DNA from: Hypanus sabinus | Lineage: Eukaryota | Reading direction: 5' to 3' | NCBI RefSeq assembly: GCF_030144855.1 | Contig: NC_082719.1 | Coordinates: 46,624,001-46,688,000 of the forward strand | Length of the DNA stretch: 64,000 nucleotides | In this document: piece by piece, positions 25,661 through 38,824 of the stretch | Layout: each line of letters starts with the position of its first letter | Position numbering within the stretch: the stretch's first letter is position 1 | Position numbers and translations under genes: made by a program | The notes under the pieces: generated by a model | What the model was told of the DNA's origin: nothing | The model's database searches: none | Seen by the model: the letters and a program-made list of their open reading frames with translations, nothing else

Positions 25661-26799
25661 AAAGTGAAGGCATGAACAGCCAGCTTGTTCCCTCTGTATT
25701 TCTTGTGTTAGTATATTAATGCACAGCACTTTATCTACAAGTACAGCACTTACTACTCCTGCTTCTTTTAATTATATTGTTCAAACCCTCAACTCCCAAT
25801 ACCCAGAAGGGTGGGGGGAGGTAACAAGAACACAACAATGCCACCATTTTAAAGTTCCTTCCATCTGTGTCTGAACCCTAGAACTCCCAAACTGGTAGTC
25901 CCCGGAGCACCTTTACCAGAAGCTGGCAGCTTACCACCACCTTAATAAGGACACTAATGCTGTCAGTGGCCTCCACATGCAAAAGTAACACAAGAAATAC
26001 TATGTTAAGTATTAAATTGCTTCTGCACTTTGGAAATTAAACCAAGTTTTATTTGCGATTTCAAGTTTAAATTAGATAACTTTCTGACCAAAATTAAATG
26101 GTATTAAAGGCTGTTGGATGACCCTTTTGTGGGAACTTTTCTCAGATAGTAAACGTAATGACCAGCCAGAGGAAATGCTTGAAGCAGGAACATTAAAAGG
26201 GACTTGCAGTGGTAGATGGATATGAAAGGCTTAGTGTGATATTGGCCAATGGGACCGGGTTAGTAGAGAATTAGTTCACATGGGCAACTGGGTGGAAGAA
26301 CCTATTTCCATGCTGTATGACTTTAATTCAATACCATTACTGTACAAGGTTATTTTGACTACTTTTGGTGTGTTATCTGCTCCACAGACCGTTTTCCTTT
26401 TTATTTCCTTGTAATTTTAACATTGTAATCACCCTCCATCAGCCTCAGTTTTGACCTCATTATTTCTTCACCTTTTGAATTCAGATTGTGGTCATTTGCT
26501 AGCCTCAGGTTTCAGAAACCTTTAGCATCTCTGTTCTATTATTTCTCTACAGGTTTCCAAATGTCAGGAAGTTCTTACATCACCATGTTACTCCAACTAC
26601 TATCTACTCAAAACCCACTGCCTGATAAAGCGCTCTTAATATTTTTTATATATACATGGGATGTAATTGAAATTGTGTCTTTTTATTCTACAATATAAGC
26701 ACCTATTCTATGTTACTAAAATAAACAGTAGCCCACATCTCTGATATGTTCCTTTAAAACTTAAACAGTAACTTTGTAAAGAATCATTTGTTATGGTAC

Positions 26800-26892
26800 C
26801 TTTTGCCATATACAGCTGCACCTGGATCCCGAAACTGTGCTTCCAGTTCCTGCACCTCTTCCACCAAAGTCTTACAAAAAGTTCTCTTAAAG
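26800..26892 (-). CDS. atp8a1: ATP8A1 coding exon (start of the cytoplasmic C-tail)
   Basis: ttttctttcag|C TTT AAG AGA... gives (V)FKRTFCKTLVEEVQELEAQFRDPGAAVYGK(S), donor AG|gtacc. 93 nt, phase 2 to 2. Confidence 0.95.
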
Positions 26893-27159
26893 CTGAAAGA
26901 AAACATTAAATAGATTTTTTCAGGGTACAGAATCATTAAGGATTATTTAGTCTGTTCCTCAAAAATTTGTCTGGCTTGCATTTGAAAAATCACACACGGA
27001 ATAAAACAACTTCTCAAAAGCACTGTACATCATTCCCAATGTGCATTAAAGCATATTATAGCTTTGTTAAAAAGTGCATGTAAATAGAAAGTGAATTAAA
27101 ACTGGGATCGAAAGAAAATATATAATGATTTACAAAAAAAAAATAATTCTTGTTTGAAT

Positions 27160-28740
27160 AATTCTATGCAAGTCTCCAGTGCAGCACAGGGCCTTTGGCC
27201 CACAATGTCGAGCTGACCTACTCCAATATCAATCCAACCCTTCCCTCCCGAAGAGACCTCCATTCTTTTTTCATCCATTTGCCTCTCTAAGAGTCTCTTA
27301 AATGTCCTAATGTCTCTCACCCCTGGCTGTGCATTTTATGCACCCAACACTCTGTATCCCTCTTATACTTTCTTCTAATCATCTTAAAAGTATGTCCTCT
27401 TGTATTAACAACTTGGTCCCTGGGGGAGAAGGGACGGGCTGTCCACTCTTTTTATGCCTCTTAATATCTTGTACACCTCTATCAAGTTTCCAGACCTCTT
27501 CCACTCCAAAGAGAAAACCCTCTGCTTGCTGTCTTTCCTCATAACACATGCTCTCTAATCCAGGCAACATCTTTGTAAATCTCCTCTCCACTCTCTCTGT
27601 AAAGCTGCCACATCATTCCTATAATGAGCTGACAAGAAATGAACACAATACTTCAAATCTTAATAGACTTTTATAGAACTACAAGATTACCTCATGGCTC
27701 TTGAACTCAATCCCCCGACTAACGAAGGGCAATACTCCATACACCTTCATGACCACCCTATCAACTTGTGTGACAACCTTGAGGGCTCTATGAATATTGA
27801 CCTCCTCAAGATCCCTCTGTTTCTCCACACTACGAAGAATCCTGTCATTAATTTTGTACTCTGCCATCGTTTGACCTTCCACAGCGAACCACTTCACACT
27901 GTTCCAGATTGCGCTCTGCATTCTGTCAATTTTGCATTGTAACCTATGGCAAACTTCTACATCATCCACAACTCCAAACTTTGTGACTTCTACGAAGTTA
28001 CTAACCCACCCTTCCACTTCCTCATCTAAATCATTTATAAAAAAAACATTAAGTATAAGGGTCCAAGAACAGATCCCTGTTGGACACCATTAGTCATGGA
28101 CATCCAGACAGTATGCAGTCCATCTACTACCTTCTGTGGGAAGCCAATTCTGAATCCACACATCCAAGCTTCTCTGTATTCCATGCTTCCTGACTTTCTG
28201 AATAGGCTTACCATGGGAAAATTTGCCAAATGCTTTACTAAAATCCATATACACTACATCCACCACTCTACCTTCATTAACTTGTTTTGCACTTCCTTGA
28301 AAAAGTCAATTAGGCTTTTTAAGCACGACCTGTCCCTAACAAAGCCACACTGACTATCCCAATCAGACTATGCTTCTGCAAATGCTTGAAAATCGTGTCT
28401 GTAAGAATCCTCTTTAATAGCTTGCCAACCACTGAAGTAAGACTCACTGGTGTATAACTCCCAGGATTATCCTTATTACCTTTGTTGAACAAAGGAATAA
28501 CACTTGCCATCTTGCAATCTTCTGGTACTACTCCTATGGCCAGTGAGGAGATGAAGATCATCGCCAATGGTGCTGCAATTTCTTCCCTTGCATCCTGTAG
28601 TAACCTTGGGTAAATCCTACCCAGCCCTGGGGACATACCTAGACTAACGTTTTTCAAAATTTCCAACACTGCCTCTTCCCTTACCTTGACATGTTCCAGT
28701 ACATTAGCCTGTTCTATTTTGATCTCACATTCGTCAACTT
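27160..28740 (-). mobile_element. Degenerate CR1 LINE 3' half
   Basis: ORF pieces SPGLGRIYPRLL, PLFNKGNKDNPGSYTPVSLTSVVGKLL, GVQQGSVLGP, ERRFTKMLPGL. CR1 3'UTR at about 27170-27310. Confidence 0.9.
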
Positions 28741-29441
28741 CCTTAGAAAGTAAGGGACCAACTGAGGTCCTTTAAGTTGTAAGTTTTATGATAAGTCGTC
28801 TAAAAGTAAAGCAGGAGTGTGGTGTGGATAGGGAAGACAGCAGAAGACTAAGACTGACAGATTCAAATACCATAACCATCAGAGGACACATGGTTTACAG
28901 TCTTGCCTTCTGTAGTACAACCCTGTTGTTTGGCAGCACAAACTATATTTCTTAAAAGTCTCAAATTTTTAGTTACATTTACTTCCATGTCTACTCCAAT
29001 TTATTTTTCTTGTTATAACAGCTTTGCGACTATTCCTAAAATTTATGCATTGTGTCACAATTTCCTAAAGTATATCAATGCTCTTTTAAATAACTCCATG
29101 GTGTCTTCATTTAATTAAATTAAACTCTTACCCTTATTTAATTTTACTACCTTAAGTGTTTTTAGCATTATTAAGAACAACCTATTCAGAACTACATTCC
29201 AGAGATACTGGACTTCAGGTGACATGAATGAACCATTGCAAAACACATGAAAATGTACTCTCCCTTACTCCAGTGGTCTAGGTACCCATCATCACAGTGT
29301 TAGCACTGATCAAACAACATAGTCAAGATCAGTTTAGATTATTGCTTCATCAGGTCAAAGCAATTAAAATACAGAATTCTGTTTCTTTTAGAACAGAAAC
29401 ATTTACAGGGATTTATACTTGTACATTTTGGTCATACGTAC

Positions 29442-29530
29442 ACTTTGTAAGCAACATCACACAGAAGGGTGGCAATTGGGATGAAGAACAGGCCCATCCA
29501 GAAAGCACCAGAGCTGAATAACATTACAGC
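29442..29530 (-). CDS. atp8a1: ATP8A1 coding exon (TM10)
   Basis: tttccacag|GCT GTA ATG... gives AVMLFSSGAFWMGLFFIPIATLLCDVAYK(V), donor GT|gtacgt. 89 nt, phase 0 to 2. Confidence 0.95.
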
Positions 29531-30359
29531 CTGTGGAAATTAATAAAACACAAATTTCCCATTATGAGCAGAGCTAAACACATTTGCAATATAAATAATT
29601 AATCCCAAAGTTCACACAGGACACTTTAAGTGCAAATTATTTAGTGAAACACAGTTCCAGTTCATATCTTGTTAAAAAGTACAGTCAGTGGAAAGATAGT
29701 GGAAGCAGTTACAGTGACGGCACCAGTAAGTCACTGGAAAATCAAAGAGGATTTGGAAAAAACTGTGTTCACCTAGGTCATGGTAAGAATCTTCACCAAA
29801 CGGAGTAGATGTGAATTGTTTGAAACATAAACATCAGCATTAATGTGGGGCCAAATGACCCTTTTCTGCATTATATATTCTGTGTCATATTAATTCCTCA
29901 TTTGATTAATTCTCAGTGACACAAATGTCTGAGTAAATATCATTAACATAAAAGTTCCTTCATCATTCCCAGTTTTATTTTCTCCGCTCTACACAATGAA
30001 ATACGATTTCTGGGGAGCTTTGGACTGGAGGAGCTATTTTTCCAAGAGAAAGTCTGGGCAGGAAGTGTCATGAAGCTATTTGGTTTCTGCTGTTTGCTGC
30101 AAGCACTCAACTGTACTTCATTAGGTATAGTGCCAAGATCATCAAAATGACTTACAAAATAAAGTCCTTGTCAATGGGATAGACTATAACTTTTATTCCC
30201 ACGAAGTGCAACAGATGGAATCATGGAGTTTCCTGAAGATCGTGCAAAACTGGGCTCCATCATTGATATTCTGTGATTCCATTGTGATTTGAAATCTAAG
30301 GGCACTTAACAGCTAAGTCAGTCCTTTTGGAACTGCATGACACTGCCAACATAATTTAG

Positions 30360-31600
30360 CCCAATGAGTGGTGCAGCCAAAAGAACAAAAAAACAAAAGA
30401 TATTCAAACTTTAGAACTGTAACAAAAAAGAATAGTAAAAACAGTATCGCAGGCCCATTAAATACTGAGGAAGGTGGGAAAAGAGTAGGGAAAAAGGAAA
30501 TTATAACTCTTTTAAATTCAGTCATTCAAACAGAAGAGGATGATAAAATAACAGTTTACCAAAGGGTATCCAAAATGAAATTGCAGGAAGAAATTTAATG
30601 GATTTAATAAAAATAGAACAAAAATTGTGGAGCAAACTATGGGATTATAACAAACAATTTACATGGACCTGATGATTTTCATCTCAGAGTATTGAACAAA
30701 TTGAAGAAATTGCATGCACTTTGATTTTAATTTTATTGCTGCCAGCTATAGGGACGGTGCATTTGCATTATACAACTGCAACTGTTAAATAATTATTTAA
30801 GGTGGCAGCAATGGGTCATATCATATTGACGCTGGGCAAGTTACAAGTGCCTAACTAATGATAGAGTGACTGAGTGATTTTATCACTGATCAAATAGGGT
30901 GAACAGTGGATCACATGACCAAATCTGATTAAGGTAGTTGGCAGCAAGGGAGTTGGGAAAATTTCTATGGGAACTCTCAATGTGGATTTCATGGAGGCAA
31001 GTGATGAAATTTTATGTAACAAAAAGCAGACCACATTAAAGTAACACACACAAAATACTGCAGGAACTCAGCAGGCCAGGCAGCAACCATGGAAAAGAGT
31101 AAACAGGCAACATTTCCGGCCGAGACCCTTCAACAGGACTAATTTTTGGGAGGTTTGATTGAGTGTAGAATGGAGAACTGCAGGCTTTGCTTTTAAATGT
31201 ACAGTATACTAATAACAGGTGGAGGGGGAGATTGTCAAATATTCAGATTTGTAGAAGGCATTAAATTAGGTGGCAGAGCAAGTTGCACAGATGAAAGTAA
31301 GTAGTTACTGAAAGGCATGGATGGAGTTAATGAGGAGATGAACTGCTGGAACACAGAGATCAACAAGTTCAGATGCAAGAAAAATAAATCTGAATTTTAT
31401 ACAGGCAGGTGACAAGGAGCTGTGAAATTTCCAAATTCTGAAAAACTTAAGCTTAGAAAGATATGTTGGCAGAATTGTATGGAGCCTTGTTTAGAACAGC
31501 ACTGAGAGGAGATTTTAAATTTATGAACAGGCAGATATTCGCTAGGATAGTACCAAAGCTATGAATTATATTATGAAGATGGGCTCCAAGCCGAGACAGT
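30360..31600 (+). mobile_element. Ancient, highly decayed CR1 remnant
   Basis: Traces such as ggacctgatgattttcatctcagagtattg (GPD..H.RVL) and tttgtagaaggcattaaattaggtggc (FADDTKLGG-like). Confidence 0.45.
31043..31140 (-). mobile_element. Short Penelope-derived insert with a degenerate hammerhead motif
   Basis: Reverse complement agtc-CTGTTGA-agggtctcggccg-GAAA-tgttg...gctgcctggcctgctgagttcctgcagtattttgtgtgtgtt. Same family as the 36.1, 37.8, 48.5 and 50.1 kb copies. Confidence 0.8.
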
Positions 31601-34600
31601 GTGAGTACTACCTCTAATGGTTAAAGCGAGAATTAAGTGCCATAATTTGAACTTTAAAGTTGCGTCAATTGGGTGCGAAATCAGAGTTTCTTCTGCAACA
31701 AAATATAATGCAAATACCGACTCACTCTGGATGCCGGGCTGATTGAAGAATGTTAGAACTTGGTTGGAAAATAATGAAATATCAGAAAAGTCTAAAGGTC
31801 TTGTACTTTAATTAACCCATCAGCTGCTCCTTTGCGTCACTGTGTGTGGTACATCATGCCTGATTTTTAGCTGTTATTTCCATCTTTCTGCTTTGCTGTC
31901 TGACAAGTTTGAGGTGCTGTGCCATAGAATTCCATATTCCAGTGGCAAAGGCTTTCATGTTAGAAACCTTTCTTACTGCAGTCTTGAGGAATCTGCTGTA
32001 TTTCTAATTTTCCAACCTTTCCTTTTAAAACTTCTTCAATTTCAGATTAGCTTTCCTTTGAGAGAACAATTTTATTCTAGAGTGATATGTCTCTGGTATT
32101 ATATGGCAAAGAAATAACTGATATCAAGTGCCATACTAAAAAAAAGGTCCCATCTAAATAACACACTTCAACAGTCTGTTAAAAATGTAGTCAAAACAAA
32201 GTTCATCCTGCTGCAAATGACACAGCATAAACGATGGGTGACAGAAGATGACTGAAGTGAAAAGGACTGAATGCAACATTATGCAGCTTACAAATTCAGT
32301 ATAAGATTACATGGGCAAGAAATTCCCTTTACTCTTACATGCTAAACATAAACTTGAATACTAAATATAACTTTATGTATTTTTAATGTATCTGTGTACT
32401 TAAAATAGCAAAGTGAAAGTGCAATCTGAATGTATTTAGACCAAGACAGGTCTTAACAGATCTACAACAGATATTCTCTCAAAGTCTGAGATCCCACAGT
32501 TAACATTAAAACAGCTGGTGGCTTCCCAACTGATAGTCACCAAATTAATCATTTGGTGCTCAACTTGACAGTGCCTGTAAATTTTCAGATTTCAACTGTG
32601 TGGGATACCCAAGTGTATCTCTGGTCCAGACAAGCACCAACTCATTTGACAGATGTATCTAGCTACGGTTGATTATGGTGAAAAGTTGAGTGAAAATGCA
32701 ATTTTTTTTTCACATTTGTAGGAACAAACCCACAGTGGCAGATTATAATTATTTTCAAGAACTTACACTTGCGTGCATTAAGGTACATGAACAGTGTTGT
32801 AAAAGTAACAGTTTCTTTCATCACTCATTTAAGATGTGACATGATTGACTTAATTCATTATAGTCCACAGATGAATGACATGTTTATTTTAAAAGATATT
32901 TTTAAGGGCCACTGATTGACAAGATTTCCTTCCTCTCACTTCCGTTCCCTATAAATCCCTGTGTTTCTGAAGCTGTAGTTTTAAGCACTTATTCAAAATC
33001 ATTATGATCAGAGCAGTTTAGAGGATTAAGTTGTATTAGTGCAATTTTATTCTGTTACTTTTAATTTATCAGTCAAGAAGCCTGTCTCAAAGTTATTATG
33101 TCAGCTGAGAGGCAGTGATTGCACCAGCACTGGAAATCCATCTGAAGAACAATCAGAAGTGGGAATTCTGTTCTTATGTTCCTTCTCACAAAACTTAATT
33201 TGCATTGACTTTAGTACACATACAATTTTAGCATGATTCTAGTACTTCTGCTGAGCTGGTGGCACAGGCTGGTATTCCAGTAACATTTAGGCATTGTTTG
33301 GAAAAGCACTGCAATTGCCAAGGTCAAGTGGGCTATGGACCTTGTGCTAGGAAATGTGATTAGTAGAGATAGGTGTAATGCTCAGCATAGACATGGAGGG
33401 CCAAAGATCCCATTTCTGTGCACCATGACTGTACCACCTTTACCAGATCACCATAGATTAGCAAAGTTCTTGAATTTAAAATTCTTCAATTTGGAGATTT
33501 TTTTTTTCTTGGCTTCTTTGAACAATCACCCGGTTTCTGAAGCAATCTATGGACATGAAGCAGACTAAATCATATTCCCTTAGGATTTCCTCTTTAAATA
33601 CTGAAAATAAACATGCTTATGATAATTATTACTATTCTACTTCCTTTACCTAAGGTATTCCACCTGTTAAAAGAGAAATATGTCGATTTCATTTTTCCAT
33701 ATGGAATGTATTCATGACAAAATTTGCAGATTTGCTGCCTTTTTTAATAACATAGAAACTAAACCTGTAAACAAATTTCATTGACTAATTGATTAAAGAA
33801 AGAGACAACAGCATTAATCAAAATAATCTTTAAAGTTTGCTTGCTGATAAAAGTTGTTTCCTCAGCCATCCCAGCAATCTCTCAAAAATAATACTGTATG
33901 CTGGTGAAAACTAAAACAAATTTGATTACACAGACCAAAAAAAAAGAGCCTGTAGCATTTTCAAACATCAAACCCACCTACTTCATCTTCCCGCCACGTT
34001 AAGGAATTTCCACTTAAACAACACTTTGGTAATAAATAAAATTACAAAATTGAACAAGGAGATCAAATGCTTGATCACGTATTGTGAGGCAGTTGAAGAT
34101 TTGTGCGAGAATTTTACTCTGCATCTTCTTCAGCAGTTTTGAATTTGCTCTTTAACCAGTTTTTTGATATGCAGCACCGGGTAATAATTGTTCTAAATCA
34201 ACTTTAAACATGAACTCAGGCAAATAAAAATTTTGTGTTTTGATTTCTACAAAGCAGTAGAGTAAAAAAAAAACCAAAGCAACAATTTGGGCGTATATAC
34301 ACATTTTTATGTGGTAAACTTAAAAGATTATTAGATTAGTTGTTCGAAATCTAATTGAAGAACAATCTTATTATGAGAGATATTTTATGACAAAGACATT
34401 AGTTGGCTCTCCCCAGATCACTTGCAGCATTTTAAAAAGCTTTCTGTTATTTTACAATTCTGGAGTTAGTATCTCAATTTCAGTCAAATGATTGGCTTCT
34501 AAAGAAAATGTACATTAATTGCTGTAATGCAGTTTTAGGTTAAAAAAATTAGATATTTTCCCAATAATGCAAAATGTTCATTTTCATGTAGCCAATACCA

Positions 34601-36092
34601 AGCTGATGATTCTATTCTTAGATTAAGCTGAAGAACACAGAACTTGTCTGTGCCGAGTTAATCGCAACTATTCGAACTTCAATTGTGAAGCGGGGACAAT
34701 TGGCCTGGCTATTCAAATCTTAGTGCCTATAGAAATGATCAAAATGAATTAAAAAAGCAAAGTTTTTATTTGATATTTGAAAGCCTGTCAGATTTCGTGC
34801 TGCAGAGGTAATCCAAAGCTCAAAGATTTAAAGCCCACATTCGTATTGAAAACAGAGAACTTCTTTGTGTTTTGTACGAAGAAAAATAAAACCCCACAGA
34901 GGTATTTCCTTCCTTGCTGTACAAAAGCTACCCCCCCACCACCCCCCCCCCACCTAAAACACTGTGTAGAAACCATTTTTGTTTCTAACTTTTCACATCT
35001 CTCCACACACAGACAAATCATCTGGGAAAGAGCAAAGCGATCCTTTTCAAATGATGCCGGTAACAGGAGCAGCCTGTTCGAAGGACGGGTCCCGACTGCC
35101 TCTGTGCGTAGTTTACAAATTGTTCTTAATGTGTGAGATTTGCGGCCCATGCCAAGTTTCTTCTCTAGGCCTTAGTCCCTTCAAATGGATCCTGTCACAA
35201 AAGTAGCTCCCAGGGGGATTCAAAGGGATCAGAAATCAGAGAGTCACAAAGCTTGATGTTTCGAAGGCCCAACAGGCCCCAGAGGGAAAACAACAACTCT
35301 GTTGTCTATACAACATGACAGCTGCTCAGATTAGGAATTTAGCTTTTTTTGGTCTGGAGTTTTCCTCAAAACATATCTCTGACAATTAAAGCAAATGTCA
35401 GTTTATTTCCCCATACATACAAAGGGTTTTACACTGATGTCTCTCAGCATTTAAAAACATATCATACTGAAACTGCTGTAGCAAGTCTACTTGCCCTCCG
35501 ATGCATGAGATTTAGAAACATGATATTTGGTTGAGCAAGTCCTTAAATAAAAATATATGAATGTGTCAGTCGAAGTGTGGGAGTATACTGGTCCTTTGCC
35601 CTCATTATTAGTTTTTATTGTGACTGGTAAAAACAGCTTGATGGGGAGAAACTGATTTTCATTTATAAGCCATGTATAATGCTGGTCTGCCACCTCAACA
35701 GTATGCGTTCTAGTCACCCATATACAAGTAAGGCATGAAACCTTTACATTTCAATCTGATACATTTTCAAGCATTTTGAAAGATGGTAATCAAAATTAGA
35801 ATGCATTTCCTTACTTGCTTTAATCAGTATGATTTAATACACTATTAAATAAAATAATGATTTTACATATTAAATAAAATATTGGTTCTATAAAATTCAA
35901 GGCCATGCTGAAAGTCAGTGTACACAGTTTGAGATTGTCACTCTGGGTTTCCTTAGTATATCTGGACACGAGAAGCTTCGACAATGTTATTCAGAGTATA
36001 AAATGGAAAAGGAGGAAAAGCCAATCTCCAAATATTTATGTTAAGAATTCTTAATAATACTTGTTTAGCTTAAAGGGTACTAGTGTAAACAG

Positions 36093-36193
36093 CAACACAC
36101 ACAAAATGCTGGTAGAACACAGCAGGCTAGGCAGCATCTATAGGGAGAAGCGAAGTTGATGTTTCGGGCTGAGACCCTTCGTCAGGACTCAAC
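36093..36193 (-). mobile_element. Short Penelope-derived insert with a minimal hammerhead ribozyme motif and 11-bp TSD
   Basis: Flanked by agtgtaaacag at 36082-92 and 36194-204. Reverse complement agtc-CTGACGA-a-ggg-tctcag-ccc-GAAA-catc-aact. Confidence 0.85.
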
Positions 36194-37736
36194 AGTGTAA
36201 ACAGTGTGATTTTGGTTGCAAGCGTGTTCTGTGTGTTTTAAGCTACTTCATCAGAACTCCTGTGTTCTAATGCAAAGAATGACCACACATGGATTAGCAG
36301 GTTTGCTAGATTTCAGGTCTCTGGAAGCAACAGCTTTTAATGATGTTTAAAATCTTGGATGGATTTTGGGTTCAGCAAAGTCAGTAAAAATACCAAAAAG
36401 ACAGGGAGATTGGAATTTGAAATTAACTTTGTTATCTTTATGTCTGAAAGCACTGCTTCAGTAATCGAGAATTACAATGCGGATACAACATCTGAAGCCA
36501 CACATGCACTGCACGTAAAAGATTCAACATATATACTGCTGATTTTTGAAGTAACCTTGAAGGTGAAGTTAAACTTGATCCTTCAATTTGATTTTAATCC
36601 TTTTGCTTTTCCCACCCTTTCGGGATTTGCTCCTACATTTAGCCCTGGAAAGCTGAATTACTTTCCTCCCAACTATTAGTAATGCTCCACTGAAGGTACT
36701 TGTAAGAAGACAGTTGGGGTGGATCAATATTTTTTTTACACAAATACCTACTGACCCACTCTAATTTACTGCTGATAAACAAAATCATATCTCACTCAAT
36801 TTTCTCAGCAAGACCAAACTTGAGAAGTAGTTAATGGAGAAATTTATCTCAATTTATCTGACAAATAATTGGTCAAATTGCTCTGCTTTAAATAACTGGC
36901 AGGGGTTATTTTAAAACAATCAAGAACAGGAGTTTCAGTTACTGAAGGTACTGTATAATTGTAAGAGACTGAATTGGCTACAAGCTGAAATCCTACACTC
37001 ATTAAATCAACTTGATTCCTGACATGTGCTTAATCAGGCATTTACCTCTACATAAAGTGATTTAAATATATACTTGCTTATTACTGTATTGCAGAAAATT
37101 AGCATAAAATTAATAGAGTACTAGTAATGGGATAATTATTACTCTAAAATAATTCTCCCTTTTCCAATAGGCATAAAAATTCATACATTACTTAATCTGG
37201 AAACATGATTCATCATGTTAAATTGGAATTGCTAGTTAACATTGTGGACAAATACTGTACTGCCTGGACAATGTTCCACTGAAAATACTAATTAATTTTA
37301 TTTTAGATGCATCCTAGGTATCCAAACAGTTTTTATTTGATATAAACTCTCACACCCGATTACTTCCTAAAAATATGTATTATCCCCTAGTAGGAAAGCA
37401 AGCCATTATGTAATTATCTACAACCATCAGTACCTAAACAGTTAAAAACTTCATTAAACAAGGCCAAAAAGACAAGGGTAAGCCTAGTGGATGTTATTTC
37501 AGGATAATACAATGCTTGCAGCTGTTACAATCCAGTAATAGAATCAGAATGCTGACTCCACTAAATATTTTGCAGCCAGCATACATACCAATTCATTTAA
37601 ACATCACAACTTTCACAACATTGATATTCACTTGCTCTACTGACCGTTGTGGTATTTATCTTTTAATAGATTTTGTTCCAATCATCATCTAGTGATTACT
37701 TTGTGCCTTTGCACAAAGTGGCCATCATCTTAAACA

Positions 37737-37858
37737 AACAGGAGAAAATCTGCTGGAAATCCAAGCAACACACACAAAATGCTGGGGGAGCTTAGCAGGC
37801 CAGGCAGAATCTATGGAAAAAGAGTACAGTCGCTGTTTTAGGCCGAGACCCTTCGGTC
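37737..37858 (-). mobile_element. Short Penelope-derived insert with 9-bp TSD
   Basis: tcttaaaca duplicated at 37728-36 and 37859-67. Body gcaacacacacaaaatgctgg...gcaggccaggcag...ggccgagacccttc. Confidence 0.8.
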
Positions 37859-38667
37859 TCTTAAACAGATGTGTTATTATCTTGATACGTACTCATCGAT
37901 TTCAGAGCAAGGACCATAGGTTAAGAATCGGAAACAGTAAACTGGTTATTTCCTGCTAGGCTTGTATATGAAACCAAATTACACTTACTAGATAGCACTG
38001 AGCAAAGATCTAACCCAAGCCAGTTTGGTCAACCTGACTTATTGTTAGTTATTTATTGATTAACTGAGCATTGAAACTAACTTTCAAATGTGACAGAAAC
38101 ACTAGAGACAGAAAGACAGATATCATCTACTACAACAAGCAAATGACTTCAAAGCCATGATACTAAACTGCCTTCAGGGACATTGGCGGCTTAATGATTT
38201 CTGAAGAACCCAAAAAGGTCTTAAAATTAGGGACTAGCTATCCAGGAGTTTATACATTGTGGAACATGATATTTATCAAGAAATCCTATTTTCTAGAAAA
38301 TTCTGATGGAAAAATGCAGATTAATTTTAAACATTATTTAAATTAAACATTTTACACACTCTGGCACTCTGGCAAATAGTGCAGCTTTACCCTCACAGTC
38401 TTCCAGAAAACCATAATTTCCATTAAAAAAAAAACCTGTATATCCATTACCAATGTTAATCCCACAACTCTTCAGGTCAATTTGTAATTTGATTACCATA
38501 CTTTTCATGTTACTTCTATTTTTGTCATTTTAGAAGTGGGAAAAGATCCTTTCACAGATGGATAATTAAGTACGAATCCAACAAGTATAACACATGATAA
38601 AGCCAATCCAGAAAATTTGGATGTCGCTGTAGCAGACAGGAAAAAGCATGAAATTAAATGTTTGTAC

Positions 38668-38775
38668 CTCTCCAGATATGTCAGGAGCCAATGGAATCGC
38701 CGGCCAGAGTGAAGAGTAGATTGCAAAAAACACCACCCACATTCCAATGCTGCCCCAGATGGCCACATGACTGAA
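38668..38775 (-). CDS. atp8a1: ATP8A1 coding exon (TM9)
   Basis: ttttccttaatag|TTC AGT CAT... gives [36 protein letters not shown], donor GAG|gtac. 108 nt, phase 0 to 0. Confidence 0.96.
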
Positions 38776-38824
38776 CTATTAAGGAAAAGAAAACGGGACA
38801 TTAAGCATTCAATAAAGATAATTG

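Noticed and set aside
34777-35150. Overlapping 119-aa and 120-aa ORFs on both strands
   Set aside because: They include a poly-C/poly-G run and do not resemble ATP8A1 or any known protein; the atp8a1 exon chain is complete without them.
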